The notes below the pieces were generated by a model. The model worked only from the letters and a program-made list of their open reading frames with translations, did no database searches and was not told the origin of the DNA. A DNA stretch of 63,547 nt, filler included, from Platydemus manokwari (Eukaryota), in NCBI GenBank assembly GCA_037951405.1. It is 6 parts of 6 records of this genome, joined end to end, with 100 filler letters (N's around TTAATTAATTAA, not from the genome) between each part and the next. Parts side by side here need not be neighbours in the genome. Positions count along the whole stretch, not along the records: positions 19,192 to 29,596 come from JBBMOY011136328.1; positions 29,697 to 38,954 come from JBBMOY011276650.1; 4 more parts are not named here. One strand, 5' to 3'. This document shows, in pieces, positions 22,195 to 35,950 of this stretch (position 1 is the stretch's first letter; the number at the start of each line of letters is the position of its first letter). The position numbers and the translations under genes were made by a program.

Positions 22195-23882
22195 TGCGCA
22201 TATTGATTGGGTGGGGGGGGGCGGTTTTGATTTTAATTTCGAGAGTATCTCGACAAATACATTGTTTTAATTGATTTGTCTCATTAATTATAAAATCAAT
22301 ACATCAATATATTATCAATAAGATATCCGCATGCTGATTGGTCATGATAAGAGTTGTCTAAATATTTCTATTTTGTATTCTCACGAGCCATTTAATGGAG
22401 ACAGTTAAGGACAAAGGTGATTTTTATTGGAATATTTCTCGACAAATCCACAACACGGATTGTTGTTTTATCATAATCATTGGATCTCATCTGAAAAATA
22501 AAATAACAAATATCATTTATTCAATCTGATTTATTCAGACTACTCATTGTTAGAATTTATGATAAATAATTTGCATGAGAAATATAATTATAATAAAGTA
22601 ATCAATTATCGAGCATATCTTTTTATAATTCATTTGAATTTTCCGAAAACGTATATTTTTGGGTTGAAATTCTTAAATATTTTCCCCACTGTTTGACATA
22701 ACGACAACATTGCACTATAATTGCCTTATTAATTATCTTTAAACATTTCTAATTTGTTAATAACTTGCTAATTATGTTGTGTAAATATTGATTTACGATA
22801 TTCTACTAATGATTGCTTAAAACTAGATCATGCCAACATTAACTAATTTTTCGAGTGCCACGTTAATTATATTTCAATTATTTGCTGTGAGGAAAAATTA
22901 TAATGACACGTTTTCACAAAAACCGTCACACAAAAACAAATCAATCAAGTACTCTAATATCACCAAAGAGAAATTAATTTTCGACTTCTTTGAAAAAATA
23001 GAAATTCAGTTATCAACAAAACGGAAATACTAAATTAAATAAGTTATTGCACAGTGATTTCTCTAGCCAGAGTAACTTTCCGTGGGGCTCCTTTTCAGGA
23101 AAAATGTTGAAAATCAATGCTCTAGTGTATTTAATATTTCTTTTCAAATAATTAGAATTCTTCTCAAGTTCATAAATAAAAAATTCAAAATCTCTTTGAA
23201 GAATGAAGAATTGAATAAAATTTATTGATTTTTGTAACACACTCAATAAATTAAGAACTTTATTTTATCTTAAATTGAGCGAGAAATAGAAAATTAAAAT
23301 AGTGAAAATAATTTAAATAAAACTTACTCGCTTTCAATCAAAATTCAGTCTATTATTGATTGAAAAGGGGTGAATTTATATTATTTCTCAGTGATAATAT
23401 AAATGAAAATCAATAGAATCAATAATAAAATTATCTAGAATATAAGGCATTATAACTGTATATAATCTATTATTTTTATAAATTTCCTCTATCGATAAAT
23501 ATATTGAGTTTTACACACCACTTAATTCTAGAATCAGACATCATTCCACGTGTGAATGTTTAGAAAATTCTCGATGGTTATACTAATGTTGATTGGAAAC
23601 ATTAAATTATGTATTGCTCATTTAATGCCATAGAGGCAATATTATAGAACTACATAAACAATTTATTTACGATTGAGCTAATTATAACTTTGTCAGAACA
23701 AACACAACAACACGTTAGCACGATTAGCAAATCTTCCCACCGAAAATTCATGAGATCAGTTCTATCTGCAATATAATTGATTGGATTCTATCTCAACATA
23801 TTTTTGAAGCCTTATTGGTTTAAAAATACTGGCAGGGAAACAATTACATAAGAAACGTGTTTCAAATCATTTTCATTTTGAC

Positions 23883-24193
23883 ATGAGATCAACAATATTG
23901 TTTTTAATATTGCAGTAAGATTTTCGTTTAACTAATATTTCAATTATATTAATGACTATTTAATCAGAGTGATTTGTTTGAAACAAATGTTTGTGGAGAA
24001 TGTACTGCCGACTCAATGCAAAGATTATAATTATAAAAATTGTCAATTCTGTGTCGATAATTATTCCACTAGAGATGCTTGTATGAAATGTGTTGGAGAT
24101 TACAATCCGATCAAATGCTGCTTTAATCCAACTATCCCGACATTTATTGATCCAAGATTATCGATATGCCTATCTGTGGAAGCGAATAATTAA
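23883..24193 (+). CDS. Small secreted cysteine-rich protein B (85 aa, one 8-Cys module), paralog of A
   Basis: Exons 23883-23914 and 23968-24193 (53-nt intron at the identical position and phase to gene A). Protein: MRSTILFLILQVICLKQMFVENVLPTQCKDYNYKNCQFCVDNYSTRDACMKCVGDYNPIKCCFNPTIPTFIDPRLSICLSVEANN. Confidence 0.8.
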
Positions 24194-25792
24194 TAAAATG
24201 AATCACGATTAATTTAACAGTGTTAAATGAGAACCTTTATTATTGATGATATTCAAGATTAAATAAGAATCCCATATTGAGTTACCTGTGTGTCGAGAAT
24301 AATATAATGAAAAGACACAAAAATTATGAACATTATCTTTATCGTGTTCATATAAAAAAGTGGTATTTACCATAGAATGTAAAAACATCAATTATAAAAT
24401 TAATTCAAAAGCTTACTCACATATCGAACCTCCTTTGTGTCCATATATATTTCAATTTTAATTTAAATTTAAAAATACATTTTCACCCAATAAAAATTTT
24501 CACAACTAATTCGTGTGACTTTGAACCAATAACCTAAACTTCTAAAAATCATCATAACTTTATGTCAACATTTTCAAAAGTCAACAATTTGTAATTATAA
24601 GTGTTTGTTATTAATTTCTCCTTTATTCATGATTCTTCTAAAATGAAAAATCTATGTAATAATTATTATTCGTTAATTCGCTGAATTTTGTTATTCATTT
24701 TGTTTTTTGTTCTAATTTATTTCGATTTCTCCTGCAGTAAATTATTCACTTTCATCTTAGTTTAAAATCATTATTTATAATTTTAATGCTGTTTCTTCCA
24801 GATTCTAATCTATTAATAATCATGTCTAATAATTATCACATTAAAACCAAAAATTGAAATAATACAATTCATAATTAATAATAAAATTATCAGTTGTTCA
24901 CGAATTGTTTTTAATAAATTACTCAAGTAATTAAAGATGTTTTACGAAAATCATATTAACAGTTTTTACTATCAAAATTGTTTATAATTTGACACACTTT
25001 TAACGTTTTCCAAGCTGGTTCAATTCTGGAAATATCATTGATTGGGCTGGAATATTAAGCTGATCTGAAAAGACCAGTTAATTTGTTGTCCTGGACTAAC
25101 TTTGATTCACTTAACTGATTGGTTTTAAATTTGGATTTAAACCGATCTTGCCTATGTAACATATAGCGTAAAAATAAAAGTAAATATAGAAAAAATATTG
25201 ATTCTATCCTATTTTCTCTGGAATTTCCCATTTAAAACCAAGCTGTGATAACTCTTAGTGCAAAAATTACGAGATAAAAATTTTATTTTAACATTTAAAT
25301 TAATTAAACTTTTGTTAGACTCAGAATTAACCATTGAATTTGCTTCGCCAATCCATGAAATGGAGAGATTTAAAAGTGTAGTGATGGAAAATAATTAATT
25401 TGTGCAATTTTATAAATAAAATTTACAATTTTGTTTAAAGGAATAATGCTTGGATGAAATTTAAAATAAAATTGAAATTAAATGATAAAATTACTTCATG
25501 CTTGCAAATTAATCATTATGACAAATTATCAAGCACCTCTTTATTAAGTTAAGATGATGACGTAACAACAGACGTTGAATATGGATTACAAATATCACAT
25601 CACAATCATTGAAGTATTCGAGCTTATATCATTCAAGTTGTCATAGTAACTTGTAGATTACCATGACAACTTAAATAGTTATTTTACCAATCCATGAATA
25701 AGAAAGCAAATAATTTGAAAACAACAACCAATCATGAAACAAATAATAATTTGTAAATGATGAATTTAAGATTATTTATTTAAGATTATTTT

Positions 25793-28531
25793 AGTGAAAA
25801 CGTCAGTCGTTTGCATCAAAATTTATTATTTTAAAAATCACATGCGATATTTCGAACATTTAAATAAATCTAAGATTTATCTAATTTCCCGATGTTTTTG
25901 AAATCTTTTAGAGCCACTCATTTCGACCAGGTTTCGTCTGTTCCTTGATGTGGGCTTAAAAATTTCAATATCCTGAGAGGACCTTCATAAGGTACTCCAT
26001 TATTGTGTGTTTTTTTTTCACTAAACTTCTTCGCCAAACGCAAAAATTTTATAACCTCTTTTTAAGCATTGGATTTCCTAAAGTTTGTGGCTACAGATTT
26101 TAGCTGGTTTTCGTGTTTTTGATGATCTAATCGTGGTATTGTGGTTCATAAATCGTAACTCATGGATATGAGTTCGTGGTCCAAACAATATTTGAAAAGG
26201 GGAATACTGAATTGAGCTCTTATGTGTTGCATTGACGATAAATACTTTCCGAGGTATTAATTTATTCCAAGATCATTTTTCTAATCCCAACGTTGTTTCC
26301 ACCATGTCTCGGACTGTCATAATTATCCTTTCGGCTAAGCTACTTGCCTGGTGTTAGTATTGGGAAAACATATCGCTAATTCCTTCATTTTCATTCCCTG
26401 GAAGACTTTACTCCGATCAGTGTGCATTGGTCTTGGAGCATCATAACAATAGATCCAATTATCGATTATATACTTAGAAATTCCGATCTCATCTTATCAA
26501 ATAAATAGCCTTTAGCTTAATAACATACTGAATCTATCTAGAATAATATTAGGTATCAGTCATAAATTACTCAAAATGCGTGAACTGTTCTAGAGAGTCA
26601 ATCCAGTGTATACTTTGTACTTTGTTGTCGATGCTTTGTGATATATTTGGCCAGAAGTAAATCTTTTTAATTTAATCGATAAATTTATTATTACCGATAT
26701 GAAATTAAAACTCATGAAGGTATTTTGTTAGTTTCCTGCGAATGAACCTCTGGCACAAAATTTTACTTTTTGGCTTGCTTTCGTTAAACTCTGTAAACAA
26801 AAATTTTTGGATTATCTTTGAGAGTTTATTCCCGTTTCCATGATTTGATCCAGTCTGAGATTGAAGTTCAAAATCGAATCCCAATAAGTTTGCAAACCAA
26901 GTTAGAAACTGAGTACTAATCGATTTGTTAGTTTTCTTCATATATGTCAATGCCTTGTAATTGTACCTGAACACACGAAAATCGGGAATAATTATTCCTT
27001 TAGGTTTTCAAAATTCTCCTCACAACTCAGGAGTGCACTCTAATTTATTGTCCTTTTCAGTGATCGTCGTATTTAGCAGGACGCTAATTAGTGCGTAGTT
27101 TTTGATTAATAATCTGTAATTATTACATAATTCTAGGAACGACCTCAATTCAATAATCTAGTTCCAAAATTACATTTTTCGGGATTGATATTGAAACCTG
27201 ACAATTTAATCAACCTGACATCCTTAATGAGTTTCTCATTGTGTTCCTCTGTATTTTTCTTCATTACTCTAAATTATCGTGCAGATAAACAAATCCTTGA
27301 ATATAGTATTCATTAGACTTAGAAACGTTAATGTTGCAGTACATTATCTAAAAGGTAGTCTGTTTAAACAGAACTGCCTAGTTCTAGTGCTGAACGAGGT
27401 TTACTACTTAGAATCTTCCTTAAGTTCGAACAGATAACATTATTGGACTAAATCTATCGTTTTAAAACTGTCGCACCATACACCAAGTCCAATAACGTTT
27501 CAATATTAGGTAGTATAAACACATGTTGATCGATCCATTTTATTTGGAATTAAGATCAATGGAAAAGTTCAAGGGCTCTTACAAAGCTTTATGGCGTTAC
27601 TTTCAAGAAGATTTTCTTGAATTTTCGTTTCTATGTTTATTAGTTACCTTCTGAGATTTTATGCAATAGATTCCCTTTAGCTCGAATATCGTGCTTCACC
27701 AAATCAGTTAGTCCCAAATTGACTTATAAAAATTAAGCCATTTTCTTTTAAACAGCTATTGAATGAAATATCATTGTTAACCTTGATTGATATTGTTGTT
27801 CTCATAGTGTTTGGAGATTCCATGTGATTAACTGGTGTACGATAATATTCCTTTACACAAAAATCTTCTCCATGACGTTTATCGGCTTCTTCGGAATTAT
27901 CTATTTAAAAGTGGCAACGAACTCTCTTCTCCTATCGTCAGACATTGCAAAGTCGAGAGTAAATGTCTCTTTCAATTTCTCGCTATTTAGATATTTCAAA
28001 ATAAAGTCTTGAAACATCTTCGTTACTAATTTCTTGATCCCAAATTTATAAATTCGATGTTTTTCATCTAGCCTTTGATGGATTACCTCCAAGTTCTGGA
28101 CTTGTCGTACACTGTTACAAGACGTGAGAAAGTTTTCAAAAAAGATTACTCAATTTCTTCATTTGAAATATCATCTTTGAAACAGCTGAATTAGTGTCAC
28201 AGTTGTCGGATTTCATCTCTCACCAGCATATCAACTGTAAATGATGATTCGATTTGATTTAATCTGGCAAAATCCTTTGTTGTCTGGAACCATTTATCAA
28301 CAATTTTTGAATTGATGAATCGAAGAATAAAAGCTTCGAAATCAATAATTCCGGAGTCTTTAGGGATAGATTTACAAAAATTCTTTGCCTCTCTTATTTT
28401 TTGGCTCTCGCAAAAGCACATATTGCGTCGTTGTTGCTAGTAAAATATCGGTCATTTCAATAAAAATGTATTATTTTAAAAACCACGCGAAATTTTTCGC
28501 ATATTTAAAAAAATCTAAGATTTATCTAACT
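25793..28531 (-). mobile_element. Degenerate Ty3/Gypsy LTR retrotransposon with about 92-bp LTRs
   Basis: Diverged direct repeats at about 25793-25884 and 28439-28531, flanked by ATTTT on both sides (candidate TSD). Gag-like remnants at 28197-28421 and 27901-28092. RT remnant PNIETLLDLVYGATVFKTID. RNase H end YKALTYMKK..TWFANLLGFDFELQSQTGSNHGN (26705-26974). Integrase remnant NWIYCYDAPRPMHTD downstream, giving the Gypsy order RT-RH-INT. Confidence 0.85.
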
Positions 28532-29596
28532 ATTTTATTTCACAATTGTTTTTACTAAAAAGTTCACACTTTTTTACTTTAAAGTTACTTTAAAATCTAG
28601 AATTGTAACGTAATTGATTACTTTCTAAGATTTTTGTATAAATCCCGGATTGAAATACCAAATATTTCGAACAATTTTTGTGCTCAGCATTATTATTCAA
28701 TTATTGATGATTACATAACCGATTTTTTGTTGAAACAAGTATTTAAATTTATATCTTGTCATAATGATTTAAAAAATATTTCGGGTAAAAACATAAATAT
28801 TAAAAATAATTATTAGAGAATAAAAAACAGTTCGAAAATTTTGAAAATTCATAAATAAAATCTCAGTTTTAAACTTCATTAATTAATGCCGAAATGTGAA
28901 TTTACAACTGTGAACAAAAATATAAAAGAAAAATGAATGTTTTAATCAGAGGCTTTAATTGTTAAAATGAATTTTATAATAGTTTTAAACAAAGCTAAAT
29001 CATTACAAAATTGAAATACAAGGTTCACCTTAAGTAGATAAATGATTACCATAACAATAGGTTATAATGATCAATACCTGTCTAGTTATACGTCAGTTAA
29101 ATTGTTAATGTTTCCATGATCGATTTGTAATGACCTCACCCATTAAATATAACAGGAAAGGCGATTCCACTTATTAAGCACGTTATTTTCAGCAAATTTA
29201 AGTGAATTGGAGACTTTTATTTTTCTTGAATTGTTCTTAAAATTGACGATATGACTTATTGCTATCATAAAAATGTACTTTTATTATTCATGCTTACAAT
29301 ATTGCCTACAATCACTACTGAGATAAAACTATTCTATGTTATCAAACTGATAGTATGGAGGTACTGTTATGTGTGATCAATATTCGAACATTGAAATAAT
29401 GAAATTACATTAAAGAAAGATCAAAATCATTTTATACATAATATATGTTATCAAATCTGATGAGAATTTCAGAATATTGGCAGTAAAATGAATAATATTG
29501 GGTCTATAACTTAAAAACTGGAATTTGACACCAGATGTAAACACTTGTGTGTGTGCTGTAGCAAATCATTAACATACACGTCATTTTGAAGCTCTA

Positions 29597-29696
29597 NNNN
29601 NNNNNNNNNNNNNNNNNNNNNNNNNNNNNNNNNNNNNNNNTTAATTAATTAANNNNNNNNNNNNNNNNNNNNNNNNNNNNNNNNNNNNNNNNNNNN
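29597..29696. other. Artificial contig linker
   Basis: N44-TTAATTAATTAA-N44. Confidence 0.99.
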
Positions 29697-30300
29697 TTAT
29701 TAAACCGTAAGATTGCACAGGAAGTTCTTTATCACTATTATTAACTATGGTTTGTTCTATAGTAAATAAATAGTTTTCATCGACAGTAATAGTAACTAAA
29801 AATTTAACTCCATCTTCATTAACCCAAAATAAATTAACAGGTTTTTCAGGGCTTAATATTTCACTATCACTATTCCATATAGTATCGTTGTTGGGGAGTT
29901 TTACACTAGATAAATTACTAACTAAACCAATTTCAGCAAAATAAGCATTTTCTGTATTAGCCGGTGAAAATAATCTCACTTCAGGACTATTGTTAGATAA
30001 ATCTTGCTTATATTTTTTTAATATTAAATCATCAAATCTAAGTCCTTTTAGTGAAATAGAACCGGTGAGTGATCCAGATTCTATTTTAATACGCTGTACC
30101 CCGCTTTCTTCTTGAACAACAATATCAGCTGTAGGTTCTACTAAAGCTTTTAACTGTTGTTTCTTTAAATTTTCTGCTTTCTGCACTGCTATTTGCTGTT
30201 GCTGTTTTTTTTGTTCAGGTTTTACAACAAAATACTGCCAACCGAAAATTATACTTAAAGACAGTATAATAGCGGCTATTAAATTAATTATATTATTGTT
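29697..30300 (-). CDS. yidC: Rickettsia-type membrane protein insertase YidC, N-terminal about 200 codons (no start codon; 3' end cut by contig edge)
   Basis: Uninterrupted, intron-free frame [85 protein letters not shown] recognise this as the Rickettsia YidC TM1 plus periplasmic domain. The codon where ATG should be (30303-30301) reads GTC. Confidence 0.92.
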
Positions 30301-32899
30301 GACAACCTTGAAGTTATTAAGAACTTCAAAATGTCGAATATTACAACAAATTATGTTATTATCATGTACTTTGTTATCCTGTATTATTTAAGTGAATATA
30401 CAAGTTTTTTATTAGTGACTATAAGAATATAAAACTTTCATTAATTACAGCGTACATGGTAAATGAAAGCAATTTTAAGGACTTCGTAAAACTCATGGCT
30501 ATTCATAAAAGTCATATTAAATACGATTTTTAACAATCATCAAAAAATAAACATGATCATTTAAAAATTTCTCTTATAAAGTTTCAACTTTTAACCGATT
30601 TTTAAATCATAATATTTACAACTATTATATCAATATATATTAAGAATATAGAAGAAAGAATTAAAGAAATAAGTAGAAAAATTATATAATTGATAAAATA
30701 CGAAGTTAGCCGTATCTGATTGGGCGGTGATAAAATACACACACGGACAATTTCCACTTTTCTACCTTAAATCAAATCGTAACCCATTAATGGATTTCGT
30801 GAATTTAAGCGGTTTGAGATTGCTTTGTATTATATCAAGTTATATCGAGAAAAGAAAAAATTAACTTCAAAATATGCCTACACACTTCACTATTAGACTG
30901 ATATAAAAATCTATAAATTATTTTTTGACCATGTCATCTGAAACTGCCATTTACAGGAACTGTTTTTTCCGATATTTCTATAATTTATTGTCCAGATATT
31001 ATTTATGGATACAATCGTATGGAAGAGCTGTTTTAGTGAGATTTCTAAATAATCTATATTGGTATCAAATGCGATTGGAACGAGGAAGTTATATTGATAT
31101 TGTTTTGCCGCTGCTATTGAATTTGAATTTAAGAAATTCGTTCAAAAAATAAATTTTATAAAAACATTTAAATAAATTTTTAAACAAAAAGATTTTTTTA
31201 AATCGTTTTCATTGATTTTATATCTTAGAATTCAGTTCATAAGTGTATATGTTGTCTAAAATTTTCACAGGCTCCTTCGAAAATACCACCATGGAATCTA
31301 TCTCATTTCGTACCTTTAATTAAACTGTTTGTAATATTATCGAATTACATAACCCCATTGCAAACTATAAACCATTTTAATACACGAATTATTAAATTTC
31401 TACTCAACATGACTAGAATAGGACGAAAATTCTGGATTTTTTTAAAATTAAAAATAAAATATTGATTTGTCTTTATTTTATTTGAAATGGGAAAAAAATC
31501 GCATTTACATTGGAGTTGATATACTAAAGATATTCCTCTCGAAGAGTATTCACGTACTGGATTATCTTAACTTGATACTAGTTATTTTAGTTAATTATTT
31601 CATCATCTTACAGTGCTGAAGTAACTTTAAATTTTAATCCTTTGTGTAAAGTGCCAAAGGTACAACCATATAAATATTCATTGTGAATAAAATCTATATA
31701 ACTCCTAACTTATTACTACCATTCTAGTGTAGGGTCCTGATTCCGAACAACTAATTACTGACTCCAAAAATCGAAGGTTATAAGCCTTATTTCTAATTCA
31801 CGTACTACTCAGTAAAAAGCTAAAATTCGATACAAAAAACGTAACCAAAACTTGCCTTCCAATTAGCAGTTGGAAATCTTTACATCGATATTTATACTCG
31901 AGATCTGTGTGTAATTTTTGTGTCATGTTTGTATCGAATTTTAATTTCATCTTTACTTTTCCATGTATCTAAGGGGCTTATTGGTTTTTGTATGTGTGGG
32001 ATTGGTCAATCCCTATGTGCGTATTGTTGTGTGGCTATGTCCATTTTTCCAATTGATGTACTAAAGTAATGTACTATAACAAGTGTTCGTCTATCAATCA
32101 ACAATTAGATCTGAAAACTATATCACCAAAACAAATTACACTCGTAATCTAAGTAATTACAAAGAAACATCTTATAACTCACAATGGTTAATGACACAAG
32201 ACATGACCTATCGGGTGTGTCTGTTTGATGTCACGGACCTTAAATTTCCTTTTTCTGTTAGTAGATAGGCATACTTGAAATTTTCCTCGCATTGGCGAAT
32301 ATTTGAGTTGTTGCCATTTGTAGACATGTGCCTATCGATTCTTAGCTTCTAAATATGGATTCATATTAGAAAGAATATGATTGTATGACGGCACATGTGT
32401 TTATTGGATCTGTGTGTTGAGCCTTTTTACGGTTATTTCCTTTCATCACAAGGATTCCAAAATGCAAATCCATTTTTCTTTTGTAAGATTTTATCTTACT
32501 CAACACCAGGATTATAATTAATATTGTTATGTTTAAAACTATAATTAACTACAACGAAGTACACGCCTTGAAACTTGAAGCTAATTAATCCTAGAACAAT
32601 AATGATAAATCAAGAATCAATATTTGGCTATTTTTCCTCTTGCTTGATCCAATCTCATATACCAAAATGATGTTATCATATATTTTTATTATGGATTGGT
32701 TTGGTTATTCTAACTCATTAGATTACAATTAATATGATCTCATCGATAAAGATAAATAATGAATAAGAAAATCAAAGATAAGCCTTGAAAATAAAATAAT
32801 AATAATTAAAAATACACTCATATCATGAAAATTGTGAATAATAATAAAAATAATTCAGATATTTCACGAGAAAAATTTAGCTAGTAAATGATAGAATAT

Positions 32900-33630
32900 G
32901 TGACTTATTAAAAATAATAAATTCTGAATATAAATCGCAAAAGATAATCTCATAAATAACAAGAAAGAATTATAAATCATATATAATTTCGACGTACATC
33001 AATATCCAGAAGTATTTTAAGGTTTGGTCACTAATAATGTTATTAATATCAAAATATTAAGATAAACTATTAAATTATCGAGTGGTTATCTTAATTTTTA
33101 AACTCACGAAATAGGCGATTTATAATAGAATCAAAAAAATTCTAAGGAAGACTTAGCTATTATTGACCAACACCACGATATTATCAAGATTGTTAATGTT
33201 CTGTCGTAATATAATTTATGTAATCAATATGGATTAAAATTATAAAATCAATCAAACAATAAAAATGTATGAAGATAAGATCTAACAAATATCTTATAAA
33301 GATCTTAAAATGCATAAGAGCCCTATAATCACAAATAAAACTATTACTGGAGTCACTTAACGACCGAGCACCAATTAGATTTTTGATAAAAGGTGTGAAA
33401 TATAGGCATAGATTTTTCCTTATATTATTTTATCATGACCAATGAATGGTTATCGGAAACAAGTCTGCTTGATCGAAACATTATATTAACAATAAATGTG
33501 TACTCATGAGGATCATTTTTCGGTAATAATTTACAAAAAACTAGATAATACCAAATAGATTAAATCCAATTGTAGATGTTCTTGAAATAACTCAAATTCC
33601 TAGTTTGGAAATCAATAATCAAATATGAAG
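32900..33630 (+). mobile_element. Possible Penelope-like GIY-YIG endonuclease remnant
   Basis: Broken peptides KGVKYRHRF..WLSETSLLDR and DVLEITQIPSLEINNQ loosely follow the GVIY..YIGETS..R and LE..I..P.LN pattern. Heavily decayed. Confidence 0.25.
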
Positions 33631-35774
33631 GAAATTCGATGAAATAATGAGTTTCAATTTCAGTGATCTGAATGAGAAATTTAGCTGGAACGCAGCCGCA
33701 GATGTTATGAATCAACGGTTGAGTTCAATTGACGTTGAAGAAAAGTCAAGAAATTTTCTGCTTATATGTTATTTACAACAAATATTAAAGTAATTAAGTC
33801 CAGTTTACTTCTAATACTCTGAGCGTTTGATTTTTCATTTTTATCATAGATATTTGTAGGAATATTTTGCCTTGTGTCTTGATAATAGAAAGACTTTGAA
33901 AGTTTTTGATTACCTTTTTGATTAGCTTTGTTGTCTCGTCGTTGAGACAAAGAAAATTGGCACTATACCATGAAAGATGGATTGATGCGCTTTCTTTATA
34001 TATTTGAACTATTGTTGAATAGTTTACTGTGTTTTGTTATTATTATATTTCTTCATCAATTACATGACATTTTAAAACAATGTTTCTATCTATTTCCTTT
34101 TGTTAATCAGCTTTATCAGATTTACTTCATTTACATTCCTTTTAATCCGGCTTAAATCTTCATAATCTGTTTTAAATAACTTATTTTTTATCTTTATTGA
34201 TTATTACTGACTTTCTTTTATATTTGAGAGGAATAAAATAGTAATTTTAATAAAATTATTTTAACTACAATTTTAAATAACTTAATAAATTTCAAAACAA
34301 AAAATAATATTTTGAAATTTTATTAAATTATTAAATCTAAAGTAATTATTAAATAATTTAAATATTTTTATCTATATATGATTAAGCTTGATAGTTAAAG
34401 CTCTCTAGATAAAAATTTTCAAAAAGAATTAAGTTTGTTTAAAAATTGTTTTATTAGCTTGTATTAAATAAAAGTTAAAAAAAATAGTAGAGATGATTTT
34501 TTCCGAAGAATTCTCAATTTTAACTGAAGTAGCTACTACTAACAATATTATTGCTGGGCAGAGAGAAAATGTAAATTTTCTAAACATTCAGAATAGCCAA
34601 CGGTGGAGAAATTAGTGCTATATTTGGATATCGAAACAAGGGAGAATGAAAAGATACCCATGACTGTTAGTTTATATGGTCGCATTTATATTAATGCCAA
34701 AACAGAACCAGCTAGATTGGCACAATAACTCGACTAACAGAGAATGAAAGTGATAAGGAAAAATTGGCTCATACACACAGCAGCAATGAGGTGAATTGAA
34801 AAAAATGCTGATGTAAGTTGAAAAAGAATGTAAATGAGATCAAGTGGAAAATCCAAAAGATAGAAAGCCATGAATTTCGTAAAGCTTGGGAGCATCGATC
34901 GTGTATGTCAATACCTGACAATCAAACTTATTTACGCACCCATGAAACTATGCTGTTGAGCTTTTGTATTCACATATAGAAATCCGACTACAACATAAAT
35001 AAACAGATTAATGAAATGTATTTGTGTCATTCTGTAAACCCATATTTTATGACGCACATTCTAAAACGCGGAAAATCATAGAATTAACGATTACAAATGA
35101 CTTCAGTCACGGTTTCATAAAACAATGAATTACAAATCGATATCTATTATTAAAAGTCAGCGCATCAGACAGAATCTTAATCGTATTTCTATCATGATTC
35201 ATTGCTATCAAATTCTTATATAAATATTTATAAACACCTATAATTCATAATCAAATCGTCTGTGATTTGTCATGGATTCTCGATTACCATTTATGATATG
35301 ATTAACAAAACAATGAGTAGTTAAAACATTATTTCAGCACAAATCAAATTTGAGCTCTATTTTTACAATTAAATAATCAAATTAATGACAAATCAGTAAA
35401 ATTGTTGAGGGAAAATCATTTCAATTCCATAGTCTCGCTAACTAATCGATAAATCCGTTGGTATTCCTAGCTCTATGACTCCAAAAATAAGCTGTTTATG
35501 TACATGGCAACGTGGAGTGTATGTCTGATGGAGTTTTCGTGGTAATTATTTGTTAGGTACATGTCAGAATTTATAACTAACCATGCATTAATGTGGCAAT
35601 GTTAGTTCCATTTGTTGGAAGTTTGTGTCTGATATTTGAGATAATTTGAAAATAGAATATCAAAATCCTTCTCCTCTAATTTAGAATAATGTATCTTTGG
35701 GAAATGAAAATAAATGCAAACCAAATAATCGAACTCATCTTTAACAACAACGATCAATGTTGAGACAGGGAAAA

Positions 35775-35950
35775 CTTATTATTATCATCAATGTGTATTA
35801 TGTTTACACTTAATACTATTATTATTATGATTATTATCGATATTATAATGAATTGATTTTTCTCGTTACTATTATTATTGTCAGTAAAATTATTGTTTAT
35901 ATTATTTATAATAATAATAATAATAATTATTATTATTATTATTATTGTTA
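35775..35950. repeat. Degenerate (TTA)n/(TAA)n microsatellite
   Basis: Runs of ATT/AAT triplets, including a (TAA)n-to-(TTA)n switch near 35910-35947. Confidence 0.8.

Noticed and set aside
30184-30186. GTG at 30186 as the yidC start
   Set aside because: The YidC-like frame, including TM1, continues 38 codons further upstream to 30300.
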